Assembly: GCA_044229975.1 (NCBI GenBank)
Contig: JBGARZ010000006.1
Coordinates: 32,001-96,000 of the forward strand
Length of the DNA stretch: 64,000 nt
Source of the DNA: Polyangiales bacterium
GTDB taxonomy: Bacteria > Myxococcota_A > Polyangia > Polyangiales > Ga0077539
Direction: 5' to 3'
The position numbers and the translations under genes are program-made. The notes beneath the pieces are model-generated. The model was not told the origin of the DNA, did not search any database, and was given only the letters and a program-made list of their open reading frames with translations. Below, piece by piece: positions 20,769 through 29,855 of this stretch (position 1 is the first letter of the stretch; every line of letters starts with the position of its first letter).

Positions 20769-21701
20769 ATGCGCCCCATCGGTCTCGCGCTCCTCGCTCC
20801 GACGCTCGTCCTCGCCTGCGCTTCGGCGCAGCGTCCCACTGCCTCACAGCCCGCGCCGCGCTTTCTCCGCGTCACCGAAGGGACCACCCTCCGAACGCGC
20901 GCGGACGACGGCGCGCCCGGCGTGACCGTCGCGGGCGGGGCGACGTTTCGGCGGGTGCGGGCGCGCGGTGAGTGGGTCGAGGTGGAGACGCTCGCGGGGT
21001 CGCGGCAGTGTGTTCCGGTGCTGCGAACGCCGCGCGGGATGCGGCTGCGGTTCTTCGTGCGGGCGTCGTCGGTGGGGCCGGTGCTGGCGTCGTCGATGAG
21101 CGCGTCGGGGCCGCAGGGGTCCCTCGCCATCGAGCCCGGTGTCGCAGTGCGAGAGGGCGCGGAGCTCGTTCATGCGGGGCTGCGGCTCACGCTGGCGAGC
21201 GCGCCGACGACGGCGATGGATCACCCCGCGCCGCAGACACTTCGCGTGGAGCCGAGCGCCGAGCGACTGGCGCCGGGCACGCGGGCGACGCTCCCGGAGG
21301 GAGCGCGCGTGGAGGTGGGGCGCGACGTTCCGGTGTACGTGCGGTCGCGGCGGGCGACGGGGGATGGCGCGCGGGTGACGGTGGCGACGCCGTGTGTGCG
21401 CTTCGAGGCGGTGGTTCCGGCGGAGGCGGTGCTGCCCGCGATGGAGCTCGAAATGGAAGACCGCGGTGACGAGCCGGCGGGCGCGCGGTGGGTGGTGCGC
21501 GAGGGGGCGCGGCTGCGCTGGGCGGACGGGAGTCCGGCGGGGCGCGCGACGGCGGCGACGCGGCTCAGCGACGAGGGAAGGGCGAGCGAGGGGGCGCGGT
21601 GCTTCCGGGTTCCGCTGCGGATGGTGGGCGGGGTGCCGGGCACGGCCGCGGTGGAGGCCGAGGTGTGCGCGGCAGAGGCGGACGTCGCGCGGGTGGAGTG
21701 A
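20769..21701 (+). CDS. Hypothetical lipoprotein
   Basis: Lipobox VLAC and a beta-rich body. Confidence 0.6.
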   Translation: MRPIGLALLAPTLVLACASAQRPTASQPAPRFLRVTEGTTLRTRADDGAPGVTVAGGATFRRVRARGEWVEVETLAGSRQCVPVLRTPRGMRLRFFVRASSVGPVLASSMSASGPQGSLAIEPGVAVREGAELVHAGLRLTLASAPTTAMDHPAPQTLRVEPSAERLAPGTRATLPEGARVEVGRDVPVYVRSRRATGDGARVTVATPCVRFEAVVPAEAVLPAMELEMEDRGDEPAGARWVVREGARLRWADGSPAGRATAATRLSDEGRASEGARCFRVPLRMVGGVPGTAAVEAEVCAAEADVARVE

Positions 21702-22346
21702 GCGTGAAGGTCATCGGACGCAACGATCCGTGCCCGTGCGGCAGCGGGAAGAAATACAAGAAGTGCTGCACGCCGAAGTTCGACCCGGCGCCGACGCAGA
21801 GCCGCGGGGAACTCGGGCCCGACGGGAAGTCCTGGCAGGGCAACGTCTCCAAGGACAACGCGCAGACGTTTCGCGAGAGCTCGCGGTCGAACGATGCCGC
21901 GCGCGCTGATCGAGGTGGTCGACGCGCACAGCCACCTGATGGAGGCGAACGAAGGCGGCGCCGAGGTGGCGATCTTTGCGAGCGCGGAGTTCGTGCTCAG
22001 CGACCCGGTGGCGGCGATCGCGGCGTTGCGGGCACGGGCGCCCGAGCTCGACCTGAACGAAGGGGCGGAGGGAGTGGCGTTCGAGTTCACGCAGCCGTCG
22101 AAGCCGGGGCAGCGGTCGCCGCTCAGCCGCATCGAGGGGCGTCGAGTGCAGGGGCTGGTGACGATCGAGGGCAACAGCCTTCTCGCGACCAGCGGCGCGC
22201 TCAGCATGGCGGCGAAGCTGATCGACGCCGTGCTGGAGGCGCTGCCCGAGCGCCCGCAGCTGGAGAGCGTCGTGTGGACGAGCCCGACGCTGTCGCGGGA
22301 GTGGTCATGGCGAGCCGCGGACGAGCCGCTCGCGATGCATTGGTGA
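21698..22346 (+). pseudogene. SEC-C motif protein, apparently frameshifted near 21870-21895
   Basis: GTG 21698 gives [18 protein letters not shown]. That frame degenerates into Arg/Gly off-frame sequence, while a protein-like frame runs 21894-22346. Confidence 0.55.
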
Positions 22347-22386
22347 CTGGAAGATGGCGGGTGAGGCGGGCGGCGGTGGGCTGGGA

Positions 22387-22482
22387 GCCGGGGTTCACCG
22401 TGCAGGCTCTGCGCTCGTCGGGCTCGGTTCACCCCGGGCAATGGCAGGGGGTCACCCCATCGCTTTGCGATGGGGTTGCAGG
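22387..22482. repeat. Family-A REP-like arm (left), 96 bp, inverted to 23043-23138
   Basis: 92/96 identical to the reverse complement of 23043-23138. Internal hairpins CCGGGG..CCCCGG and ACCCCATCGC-TTT-GCGATGGGGT. Confidence 0.95.
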
Positions 22483-22494
22483 CAGCAGAGGCCG

Positions 22495-22947
22495 CTACTT
22501 CACGGCCAGTTTATCGCCGGTTGTTGGTGTGGGAGATGGGGGACGGCATCGCTCCCACTCGACGAGGGTTGTTCCGTCGGCATGGTGACGTCGCTGGTCG
22601 ACGATGTATCGCTGAACGACCTCCAGTTCCGAGTCACGAACCGAAAAGACTCCGTAGCCCGCCTGCCACGCGAAGCCGTCGACGTGGAGGGTGCGGGAGA
22701 TGAAGGAGGACGTGACGACCTTCAGGTCACGTACCAGGTCGGCCACGCTCGTCGTGGTGTGGAGTCCCACCAGCACATGAACGTGATCCTCGACGCCTCC
22801 GACCGCGATCGGCACGCAGTCCCGACCGCGGCAAAGGCGGCCAAGGAGCCCGTGAACGCGCGCCGCTCGCAGCGTGTCGAGCACCGCCCTCCGCCCCTTC
22901 GTCGCCCACACCAGATGAACATACAACCGCGCGTACACTGCACTCAT
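22495..22947 (-). CDS. tnpA: IS200/IS605-family HUH-Y1 transposase
   Basis: [15 protein letters not shown] (HUH), [10 protein letters not shown] and YIVDQRRHH (catalytic Tyr). Confidence 0.95.
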   Translation of the reverse strand: MSAVYARLYVHLVWATKGRRAVLDTLRAARVHGLLGRLCRGRDCVPIAVGGVEDHVHVLVGLHTTTSVADLVRDLKVVTSSFISRTLHVDGFAWQAGYGVFSVRDSELEVVQRYIVDQRRHHADGTTLVEWERCRPPSPTPTTGDKLAVK

Positions 22948-23042
22948 GACGCGCTATCGAGTTGACCGCGTCGGAGGTTGAGCCGCGCCCGCATTTCGGT
23001 GCGCCCCACCAATCTCTGCACGGAGACAGACCTCCGCCTTCC

Positions 23043-23138
23043 CCTGCAACCCCATCGCGGAGCGATGGGGTGACCCCCTACCATTGCCCGGGGTGAACCG
23101 AGCCCGACGAGCGCAGAGCCTGTACGGTGAACCCCGGC
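23043..23138. repeat. Family-A REP-like arm (right)
   Basis: Reverse complement of 22387-22482 with 4 mismatches. Confidence 0.95.
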
Positions 23139-23153
23139 CCTCCGCCGCTACCG

Positions 23154-24875
23154 CTACCGCGGCCGCGGGTTGCGGTACACCGATACGATCGGCACCCCAT
23201 CGTGCACGGCCACGTAGGCCGTCGCAGGTGAGTCGTAGGCCGTCCAGATCTGATAATCGACTTCGTTCATGTGCAGCTCGTGGTGCACGATGGCGAAGAC
23301 CCCTTCGCCCACCTGCCACACCGGGTGCATGTCCGTTCGCAATCGCCCGTCGCGCTGCAACATCTCGAAGGCGCGCGGCGTCGTGTCGTGGATGTACACG
23401 CCCGCGTTCTGCTCCGGTTGTCGGTTGAACCACTCCGTCAACGAGCCCGTCGTGAAGCCCCAGAATTGTCGGTTGAGGCCCATGTCGGCCGCGCCCGGCG
23501 CGCCGCCCGCGATGGGGGTGTAGTTGCTCAACCCGAACGGATGCGAGTGCGCGCTCTGCGCGATCGGCGGCAGCACCACCAGCGCCCCGAGCACCGCCGT
23601 CACCACGCCCTCGCGCTTCACCCGATCGCGCAGCAGCTCTTCCAACAACGCCGCGACCTTGGTGAAGGCCACGCCCGCAAACAGGGCGAGGAAGGGGTAC
23701 GCGGGAAACCAGTGCTTGGTTCCGCCGAAGATGGGGGTGTTGCGCGAGAGCCACGGCGCCATCGGCACCATGAACCCCAGAAACACCAGCGACCACGTCC
23801 CGCGCGGGTCGTCGCTCTTCTGCGCGTCGGCCCACGCGCGGACGCGCTTGATGGGCAGCCACCCGAAGAGCCCGCTCGACTCCCGCAGCATGGTCGGGAA
23901 CATCACGATGAACCCGATGAGCGCGAGCAGCAGGGTGATGCCCGGCACCGTGAAGAGCATCATCCCCCACGAGTACATTCGCGGAAACGGCGGATGAAAC
24001 CAGTTATATCCCATCCACTCCATGTTGTAATAGGCGTGGTGGAGGTGGAAGCCCGCGTACTCCTGAAAGCGCCCCGGTCCGCCCGCGGGCGTCGAGAGGG
24101 TGTCGAACCACATCCACGGCCACAGCGCGACGAACACCAGCGGCCCCAGCACCGCCATGGAGATGAGCCCGAGCGGAACCGGGAAGTTTCCGCGCGCCGC
24201 GTCGCGCCGCATGTCTCCAGCGCGGGTGAGCACGAAGTGCGTCACCACGAGAAACGGCACAAACCACGCGTTGTGCTTGGTCTCCAGCGCGAGGCCCCAG
24301 GCGAGCCCGGTGGCGAGGGCCCAACCGATACCGCCCGAGAGCGACCGCCAATAGGCGTACAGCACCACGACCCACATGGTCATGACGGGCACGTCGAAGC
24401 AGTCGAGGTGAGCGTTGTAGAAAACCCGCGGCATGAAGGCGAGGGAGATGGCCGCGATGAGCCCCGCGCGGGTCGAGTGCGCGCGGTGTCCGAAGATGAA
24501 CGTCACCCACACCCCGAGCGCGCTCATCACCATTCCAGGGAAGCGGAAGCTCAGGCCCTCGGAGGTGATCCAATGCCACTTGTTGTGGAGGAAGAGCCAT
24601 GACAGTCCGAAGAGCGACTTCATGAGCGAGGGGTGTTCGTGGTTGGCCTGCCACGCGCCGTCGATGGCGCCGCGGGTGAGCGCCTCGCGGCGGTTGTGCA
24701 GCAGCAGGTCGAACCAGTTGGCGTAGGAGGTCGCCGCGTCGAAGTAGAAGCCCTCGTCGCGGGCGTAGCCCAGCGTGCGCGCCGTGCGCACCAGCACGAT
24801 GAGGTACACGAGCGCCAGCAGCGCACCGAGGCAATGTGGCTTGAGCGCCGTCCAGAGGCGTTGGGCGCGCGTCAT
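23154..24875 (-). CDS. GT-C superfamily glycosyltransferase (ArnT/PMT_2, GT39/83-like)
   Basis: RDEGFY and EHPSL motifs, and multiple TM helices. Confidence 0.85.
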   Translation of the reverse strand: MTRAQRLWTALKPHCLGALLALVYLIVLVRTARTLGYARDEGFYFDAATSYANWFDLLLHNRREALTRGAIDGAWQANHEHPSLMKSLFGLSWLFLHNKWHWITSEGLSFRFPGMVMSALGVWVTFIFGHRAHSTRAGLIAAISLAFMPRVFYNAHLDCFDVPVMTMWVVVLYAYWRSLSGGIGWALATGLAWGLALETKHNAWFVPFLVVTHFVLTRAGDMRRDAARGNFPVPLGLISMAVLGPLVFVALWPWMWFDTLSTPAGGPGRFQEYAGFHLHHAYYNMEWMGYNWFHPPFPRMYSWGMMLFTVPGITLLLALIGFIVMFPTMLRESSGLFGWLPIKRVRAWADAQKSDDPRGTWSLVFLGFMVPMAPWLSRNTPIFGGTKHWFPAYPFLALFAGVAFTKVAALLEELLRDRVKREGVVTAVLGALVVLPPIAQSAHSHPFGLSNYTPIAGGAPGAADMGLNRQFWGFTTGSLTEWFNRQPEQNAGVYIHDTTPRAFEMLQRDGRLRTDMHPVWQVGEGVFAIVHHELHMNEVDYQIWTAYDSPATAYVAVHDGVPIVSVYRNPRPR

Positions 24876-25825
24876 CGGACGTCCCCCTCGTAGCAGTAGT
24901 GGCGCATCCCGGGGTTCTCGGCGCGGATCTCGATGGAGAGCTGATGGGGTCGGTTGTCGGCCCATTGATGGGTGTCGATGTCGAAGGTCTTCCAGCCTTC
25001 GCCGTCGTGGTGCACCGAGCGCCCGGCCTCGTTGCCGTCGATCATCAAGCGCAGCTCGACGGGGCCGCCCTGGTTGCCGAGGTCGTCACCGCGCTCGGCC
25101 TCGTACGCGATGCCGTGATGTCCGTGGAAGGTGTTGCCGATGGGGACATCGCGGAAGCGCGTGACCATCGCGCCGCCCGCGATGGGGTGCGACCAGATGC
25201 AGCGGCGACCGCGGTGTTGCATGTCTTCGATGATGGTGAGGCCGATGTAGTTCCAGCCCTCGGGGGAGCAGAAGAAGCGGTTGGGCGAGGCGAGCGCCCC
25301 CTGGCCGAGGCCGCCGCCGCCGACGAAGGTTCCGGTGTGCCAGTCGCACGCGGCCGGGGTGTCGTTGATGAGCCGAAAGGCCTCGGCGTCGGGCGGGTGC
25401 AGGTGCTCGATGAGGTCGTAGCGCACGGTGGCGGGCGCGGGGTTGACCAGGGTGCGAACGGTGATGCGACCGAAGTCCTGGTGGGCGGTCTCGCGCCAAC
25501 CACGCAGGTCGGGGTTTTCGCCGCCGCGGATGGTGGCGACGAGGGCGCGGCGGTAGCGCGTGGCGTCGGGGCGCGCGGCGTCGGCGAGGGGAATGTCGGC
25601 GGCGAAGTACTGGCGCGCGAGGGGGTCGGTCCAGAGGGGCGCGGAGGTGACGAGGTCGCCGGGGCGGCGCTGCGCGTGGATGTACGACGCGGCGGCGCGC
25701 CAGTGGGCGGGGGTGGGGACGCGGGCCTGGATGACGAACTGCGCGACGAGCTCGACGGCGGCGAGGAGCGGGATCGCGAGGGCCGCGCGGCGCCAGCGGG
25801 GGTGCGGGGAAGAGGGCTGTTCCAC
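24872..25825 (-). CDS. Hypothetical membrane-anchored protein, coupled to the glycosyltransferase
   Basis: One N-terminal TM segment. Its stop overlaps the ATG at 24875. Confidence 0.65.
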   Translation of the reverse strand: MEQPSSPHPRWRRAALAIPLLAAVELVAQFVIQARVPTPAHWRAAASYIHAQRRPGDLVTSAPLWTDPLARQYFAADIPLADAARPDATRYRRALVATIRGGENPDLRGWRETAHQDFGRITVRTLVNPAPATVRYDLIEHLHPPDAEAFRLINDTPAACDWHTGTFVGGGGLGQGALASPNRFFCSPEGWNYIGLTIIEDMQHRGRRCIWSHPIAGGAMVTRFRDVPIGNTFHGHHGIAYEAERGDDLGNQGGPVELRLMIDGNEAGRSVHHDGEGWKTFDIDTHQWADNRPHQLSIEIRAENPGMRHYCYEGDVR

Positions 25826-25884
25826 GGGGGCGGCGGACTCTAGTCGGAGGGCGACGGGGAGCACAACCAAAGGGGTGGGCGACC

Positions 25885-26256
25885 TCACACGGGCGGAAGC
25901 CACCCCGCGAGCCGCACCGCCCACACCGCCAGGAAGGCCACGCCGAACACCGTGAGCACATGGCGCACGTAGCGTTCCCAGAGCGGGTGACCCGGTCGCA
26001 GCGTGGCGGCCAGGACGATGGCGAGCCCGAGCGCGAGCGCCGACGGCAGCGCCAGCGGGTGCAGCGTGACGCTGCCGTGGAGGTCGCCGCGCAGCAGCCG
26101 GAGCGAGGCGCGGGTCATGCCACACGCGGGACAGGGGTGTCCGGTGGCGATCTTCACCAGGCAGGTGCTGACCGGGACGAACGCGAGGAGTGAGCAGATG
26201 AGGGCGGGAGGGACGATGGGCCCCAGGCGGCTACGAATGACCGACCATGGGGCCAT
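25885..26256 (-). CDS. DUF2752 family membrane protein
   Basis: C....TG.PCPACGMTRA...L.G and HP motifs. Confidence 0.85.
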   Translation of the reverse strand: MAPWSVIRSRLGPIVPPALICSLLAFVPVSTCLVKIATGHPCPACGMTRASLRLLRGDLHGSVTLHPLALPSALALGLAIVLAATLRPGHPLWERYVRHVLTVFGVAFLAVWAVRLAGWLPPV

Positions 26257-26268
26257 TGGAGAGGGCGT

Positions 26269-27243
26269 TCAGCCGATGTGCTTGGCTTCCCAATCCCACT
26301 GATTGGACATCGCCCACGGGGTGTAGATGCCGCCAGTGCACATGATGAGCACCGTGTTGAGCAGCCACATGCCGAAGAACCCGCCGGGGTCTTTCTGGAA
26401 GCGGAAACCACGGCCCGAGATGGACGTGTTGTTCCAGTAATATTCGAGCAGGTTGTTGTGATACCAGGGGAAGTAGATGCCGAAGGTCAGGCCGGTGAGA
26501 ATCGAGCCGATGAGCCAGATGCCCAGGAGGCCGCCGCCCTCACCGGTGAACTGGAGCCGTTCACCCTGCACATCGACCTGCGAGAGAATCCAGTGGTGGA
26601 GCTTGCACGCAAACCACGGGCTGTAGATGCCCATGGTGCAGTACACGAGCAGCAGCGGGACGATGATGACCCCGAAGAGGCCGCCCGCCGTGCCGTGATA
26701 GGTGCAGCGCTTGCCCTCGATGGTGACGTTGGACCAGTAGTACTGGAGCATCTTCGTCGCGCCGTGGAGACCGGCCATCAAGAGACCGGCGAAGAGCGCG
26801 AGGCCCAGCACCCCCATCAGCGCGATGCCGGCCCCTGAGGGCTGCCCGCTGCTGTCGCGCGTGGCCGCCATGACGCCGCCCATACAGACCGCGCCGCCGA
26901 TGTACACGCCCATGAGCGGGAGCATCACGCTCACCAGGTACACGGCGAAGAGCGAGCCGCCGGCGCCGCCGTAGTTCACGCGCGCGCCGCCCATCATCGG
27001 ACCGCCGCCCGCCGCGAAGCCGCCGCCCGGAGGCGGGCCGAAGCCACCCGCGCCCGGAGGCGCGCCGAAGCCGCCGCCCGGAGGCGGACCGAACCCACCA
27101 CCACCCGGAGGCGCGCCGAACCCGCCGCCGCCCGGAGGTGCCCCGAAGCCACCGCCGCCCGGAGGTGCCCCGAAGCCGCCGCCAGGGGGATACCCGGCGG
27201 CCTGCATCGGACCCAGCCCATTGCTACCTGGAGTCTGCATCAT
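26269..27243 (-). CDS. DUF898 (YjgN-like) inner membrane protein with Gly/Pro/Phe-rich N-terminal repeat
   Basis: Three T.GIY.PW repeats and F.G.GG.L motifs. Confidence 0.8.
   Translation of the reverse strand: MMQTPGSNGLGPMQAAGYPPGGGFGAPPGGGGFGAPPGGGGFGAPPGGGGFGPPPGGGFGAPPGAGGFGPPPGGGFAAGGGPMMGGARVNYGGAGGSLFAVYLVSVMLPLMGVYIGGAVCMGGVMAATRDSSGQPSGAGIALMGVLGLALFAGLLMAGLHGATKMLQYYWSNVTIEGKRCTYHGTAGGLFGVIIVPLLLVYCTMGIYSPWFACKLHHWILSQVDVQGERLQFTGEGGGLLGIWLIGSILTGLTFGIYFPWYHNNLLEYYWNNTSISGRGFRFQKDPGGFFGMWLLNTVLIMCTGGIYTPWAMSNQWDWEAKHIG
26999..27190 (-). repeat. Coding tandem repeat (GGGFG[A/P]PP) x ~6
   Basis: Visible at the DNA level (ccgccgcccggaggtgccccgaag) and the protein level. Confidence 0.85.
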
Positions 27244-27438
27244 TCCGAAAAACCCTCCGTGTTGAGACTGCGCGTGTCGTGTGTGGGACGTCCGACGATC
27301 AGGGTCCGTCGGGAGACGGCGCAGGTTACAGCACGGTACGCCGTGGCGCGGAAGACCCTCCCCCCGACGACGCGTCATTCCCTGACAAACCTGCGACCGA
27401 CCTGTGGTACCGCTCAGCGCCGGAGGGCCTTGGACCCA

Positions 27439-28077
27439 ATGGACCGCGAACAACGACGTGCGCAGATCTTGACCATCGCCGCGGAGGTCTTCGCGGAGAA
27501 GGGCTATCACGACGCCAAGATCGACGACATCGTGGCGCGGGCCAAGGTCGCGCGAGGCACGTTCTACCTGTATTTCGAGGACAAGCGCGGCATCTTCGAG
27601 GAGCTCGTCAACGGCTTCGTGCGGCAGCTCGCCGAGACCATCGAGCCCATCGAGACCGTCCCCGAGGCCGACCCGGTGCGGGTGATGAGCGAGCTGCGCA
27701 CCAACCTCGTGCGCCTCGTGCAGCGCTTCGTGGCCGAGCCCGCCATGGCCAAGGTGCTGCTCTCCGCCGCCGTCGGCCTCGATGCCGAGTTCGATCAGCG
27801 ACTGCTGGCGTTCTATGAAGAGATCGCCGACCTGCTGGAGCGCTCGCTCTCGCAGGGGGAAGACGCCGGGCTCGTGCGGCCGGGGCACCGGCGCATCTGG
27901 TCGTTCTGCCTCACCGGGATCATCAAGGAGCTGCTCTACCAGCTCATCCTGCGGCGCGCGGTGACCGAGCCCGAAGAGCTCGTCGACGCCATGATCGACC
28001 TCGTGGCCGACGGGCTGTTTACGGATCCAGCGCGGGCGGCGGTGCGGGCTTCGATCGACCGACGCGCCACGCGATGA
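27439..28077 (+). CDS. TetR/AcrR family transcriptional regulator
   Basis: FAEKGYH...IDDI...A.VARGTFYLYF.DK HTH signature. Confidence 0.95.
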   Translation: MDREQRRAQILTIAAEVFAEKGYHDAKIDDIVARAKVARGTFYLYFEDKRGIFEELVNGFVRQLAETIEPIETVPEADPVRVMSELRTNLVRLVQRFVAEPAMAKVLLSAAVGLDAEFDQRLLAFYEEIADLLERSLSQGEDAGLVRPGHRRIWSFCLTGIIKELLYQLILRRAVTEPEELVDAMIDLVADGLFTDPARAAVRASIDRRATR

Positions 28078-29086
28078 CCGTCGCGATGAGGGCCACCACC
28101 CCCACCGCCAGCCCGATGCGCCCATCGAACAACGACACCGCCACCGTGATGCCCGCCGCGATGACGGTGATGACCACGCGGTCGACGAGGCGGATACGAT
28201 CACGCTGCGCGATGGCCGTGCGCACCTCGGCGAGCTGACGCTGAAACGACGTGTTGGCGGAGTCGCGCGCGCGGCACTGGGCGAGCAGCTCGGCGGCTTC
28301 ATCAAGGGCCCCGCGCTCGCGCAGGGCGACCACGAGGTTGGTCATCGCGGACGGCAGACCCGGGCGGATGCGCAGCGCCTCGCGGCTGGCCGACTCGGCC
28401 TCGCGGTAGAGGTGGAGTTCGAGCGAGGCGTACCCGAGGTTGGCCCACGCGGCGTAGTGGTTGGGGTCGAGGCGGATGGCCTCGCGCGCGGCCTCGGCGG
28501 CCTCGGGGAAGCGCCGACGCTCGGTGAGCAGCCACGCGAGGCGGCCGAAGCCGGAGGCGCTGTCGGGTTCGAGCTTGATGAGCTCGCGGGTGATGGCCTC
28601 GGCGCGGTCGTAGTCCTTGAGGGTGCCCAGCACGCGGGCGGCCATTTCGAGCACCACGCCGTCGCGCGGGTCGAGCGCGAGCGCGCGGTCGATGGACGCC
28701 TTGGCTTCGTCGAAGCGGGAGACCTCGACGAGGCTGAGCGCGCGGCGGATCTGGTAGCGCGCGAAGTCGGGCTCGAAGGCCAGGGCGCGCTCGATGGGCG
28801 CGAGGGCGTCTTCGTAGCGGCCCATGCACTGGAGCGTAAAGCCCGCGAGGTAGTGGGCGTACCCGGTGCCGGGCGCGGCGCTGACGGCGGCCTGGACGGA
28901 CTCCCACGCGGCGTCGTAGCGGCCGGCCCCGAGGCGGGCGCGGGTGAGCAGGATGAGCGAGTCGGCGTCGGTGGGCGCGGCCCCGAGGGCGGCGCGGGCC
29001 TCGCGCTCGGCGGCATCATAACGACCCAGGTCGAGGGCCACGCGGGCGCGCTTGCGGTGCCTCTCGGCGACCTCGGTGGGGGTCAT
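28019..29086 (-). CDS. TPR protein with C-terminal TM pair
   Basis: Canonical TPRs (AIRLDPNHYAAWANLG) and a hydrophobic C-terminus. Confidence 0.85.
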   Translation of the reverse strand: MTPTEVAERHRKRARVALDLGRYDAAEREARAALGAAPTDADSLILLTRARLGAGRYDAAWESVQAAVSAAPGTGYAHYLAGFTLQCMGRYEDALAPIERALAFEPDFARYQIRRALSLVEVSRFDEAKASIDRALALDPRDGVVLEMAARVLGTLKDYDRAEAITRELIKLEPDSASGFGRLAWLLTERRRFPEAAEAAREAIRLDPNHYAAWANLGYASLELHLYREAESASREALRIRPGLPSAMTNLVVALRERGALDEAAELLAQCRARDSANTSFQRQLAEVRTAIAQRDRIRLVDRVVITVIAAGITVAVSLFDGRIGLAVGVVALIATVIAWRVGRSKPAPPPALDP

Positions 29087-29135
29087 GCGCCGTGTCGTAG
29101 CAGAGACGCCCGCGCGCAACCACTACCCCGGCGGC

Positions 29136-29804
29136 CTACGGCTTCGTGGCGAGGTAGACCACGAAGCGGGCGCTGACCCGGGAGGGGTGCTCGCAGGTGA
29201 CGGCGAAGCCCGCGCGCTGGAGGCGCTCGACGTAGCTCTCGACGCGCGCCTCGGCCCAGATGGCGAACACACCACCCGGGCGCAGCGAGGCGAAGGCGCG
29301 CTCGCAGGCGATGGTTCCGTAGAGGGGGTCGCGGGGGCGGGTGCGGGCGTCGGGGCCGACGTAGAGGTCGATGACCACGGCGTCGAGCGTGCCCGGGGAG
29401 GTGCTCGCGGCGCGGAGGGCGTCGGCGAAGTCACCGACGGTGACGGTGACGCGCGGGTCATCCACGGCGCCATTGGTGACCGGGGCGATGGGGCCGCGGC
29501 ACCACGCGACGATCACCGGGTTGAGCTCGGCGACCTGCACCGCGGCGGTGGCCGGGAGCGCATCGAGGACAGCGCGCAAGGTGATCGCCATGCCGAGGCC
29601 GCCGACCAGGACACGCGGCGCGGGGCGCTCGGCGAGGCCGCGGCAGGCGAGCGTTCCGAGGGCGACTTCGGAGCGGCGGTCGGCGCTGTTCATCAGCATG
29701 CGGCCGTCGATGGTGATGAAGAAGTCGCGGTCGCCGCGGCGCTGGAGGACGAGCTTGCCGTCGGGCGTCGCGGCGGTGTCGAGGGTGACCAGGGGGAGGC
29801 TCAT
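29136..29804 (-). CDS. Spermidine synthase-like / class I methyltransferase fold protein
   Basis: LMNS....SE..L and VLVGGLGM..T, AELNP motifs. Confidence 0.8.
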   Translation of the reverse strand: MSLPLVTLDTAATPDGKLVLQRRGDRDFFITIDGRMLMNSADRRSEVALGTLACRGLAERPAPRVLVGGLGMAITLRAVLDALPATAAVQVAELNPVIVAWCRGPIAPVTNGAVDDPRVTVTVGDFADALRAASTSPGTLDAVVIDLYVGPDARTRPRDPLYGTIACERAFASLRPGGVFAIWAEARVESYVERLQRAGFAVTCEHPSRVSARFVVYLATKP

Positions 29805-29855
29805 ACGGCGGGCCGTAGTACCCCATCGCGGAGGGGTGTGTCCTATGATCGGGCG

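Larger units (their letters stand above)
22387..23138 (-). mobile_element. tnpA flanked by long inverted repeats (REPtron/RAYT-like locus A)
   Basis: A solo Y1 transposase between 96-bp inverted arms, with no tnpB and no target duplication, lying between convergent genes. Confidence 0.8.
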
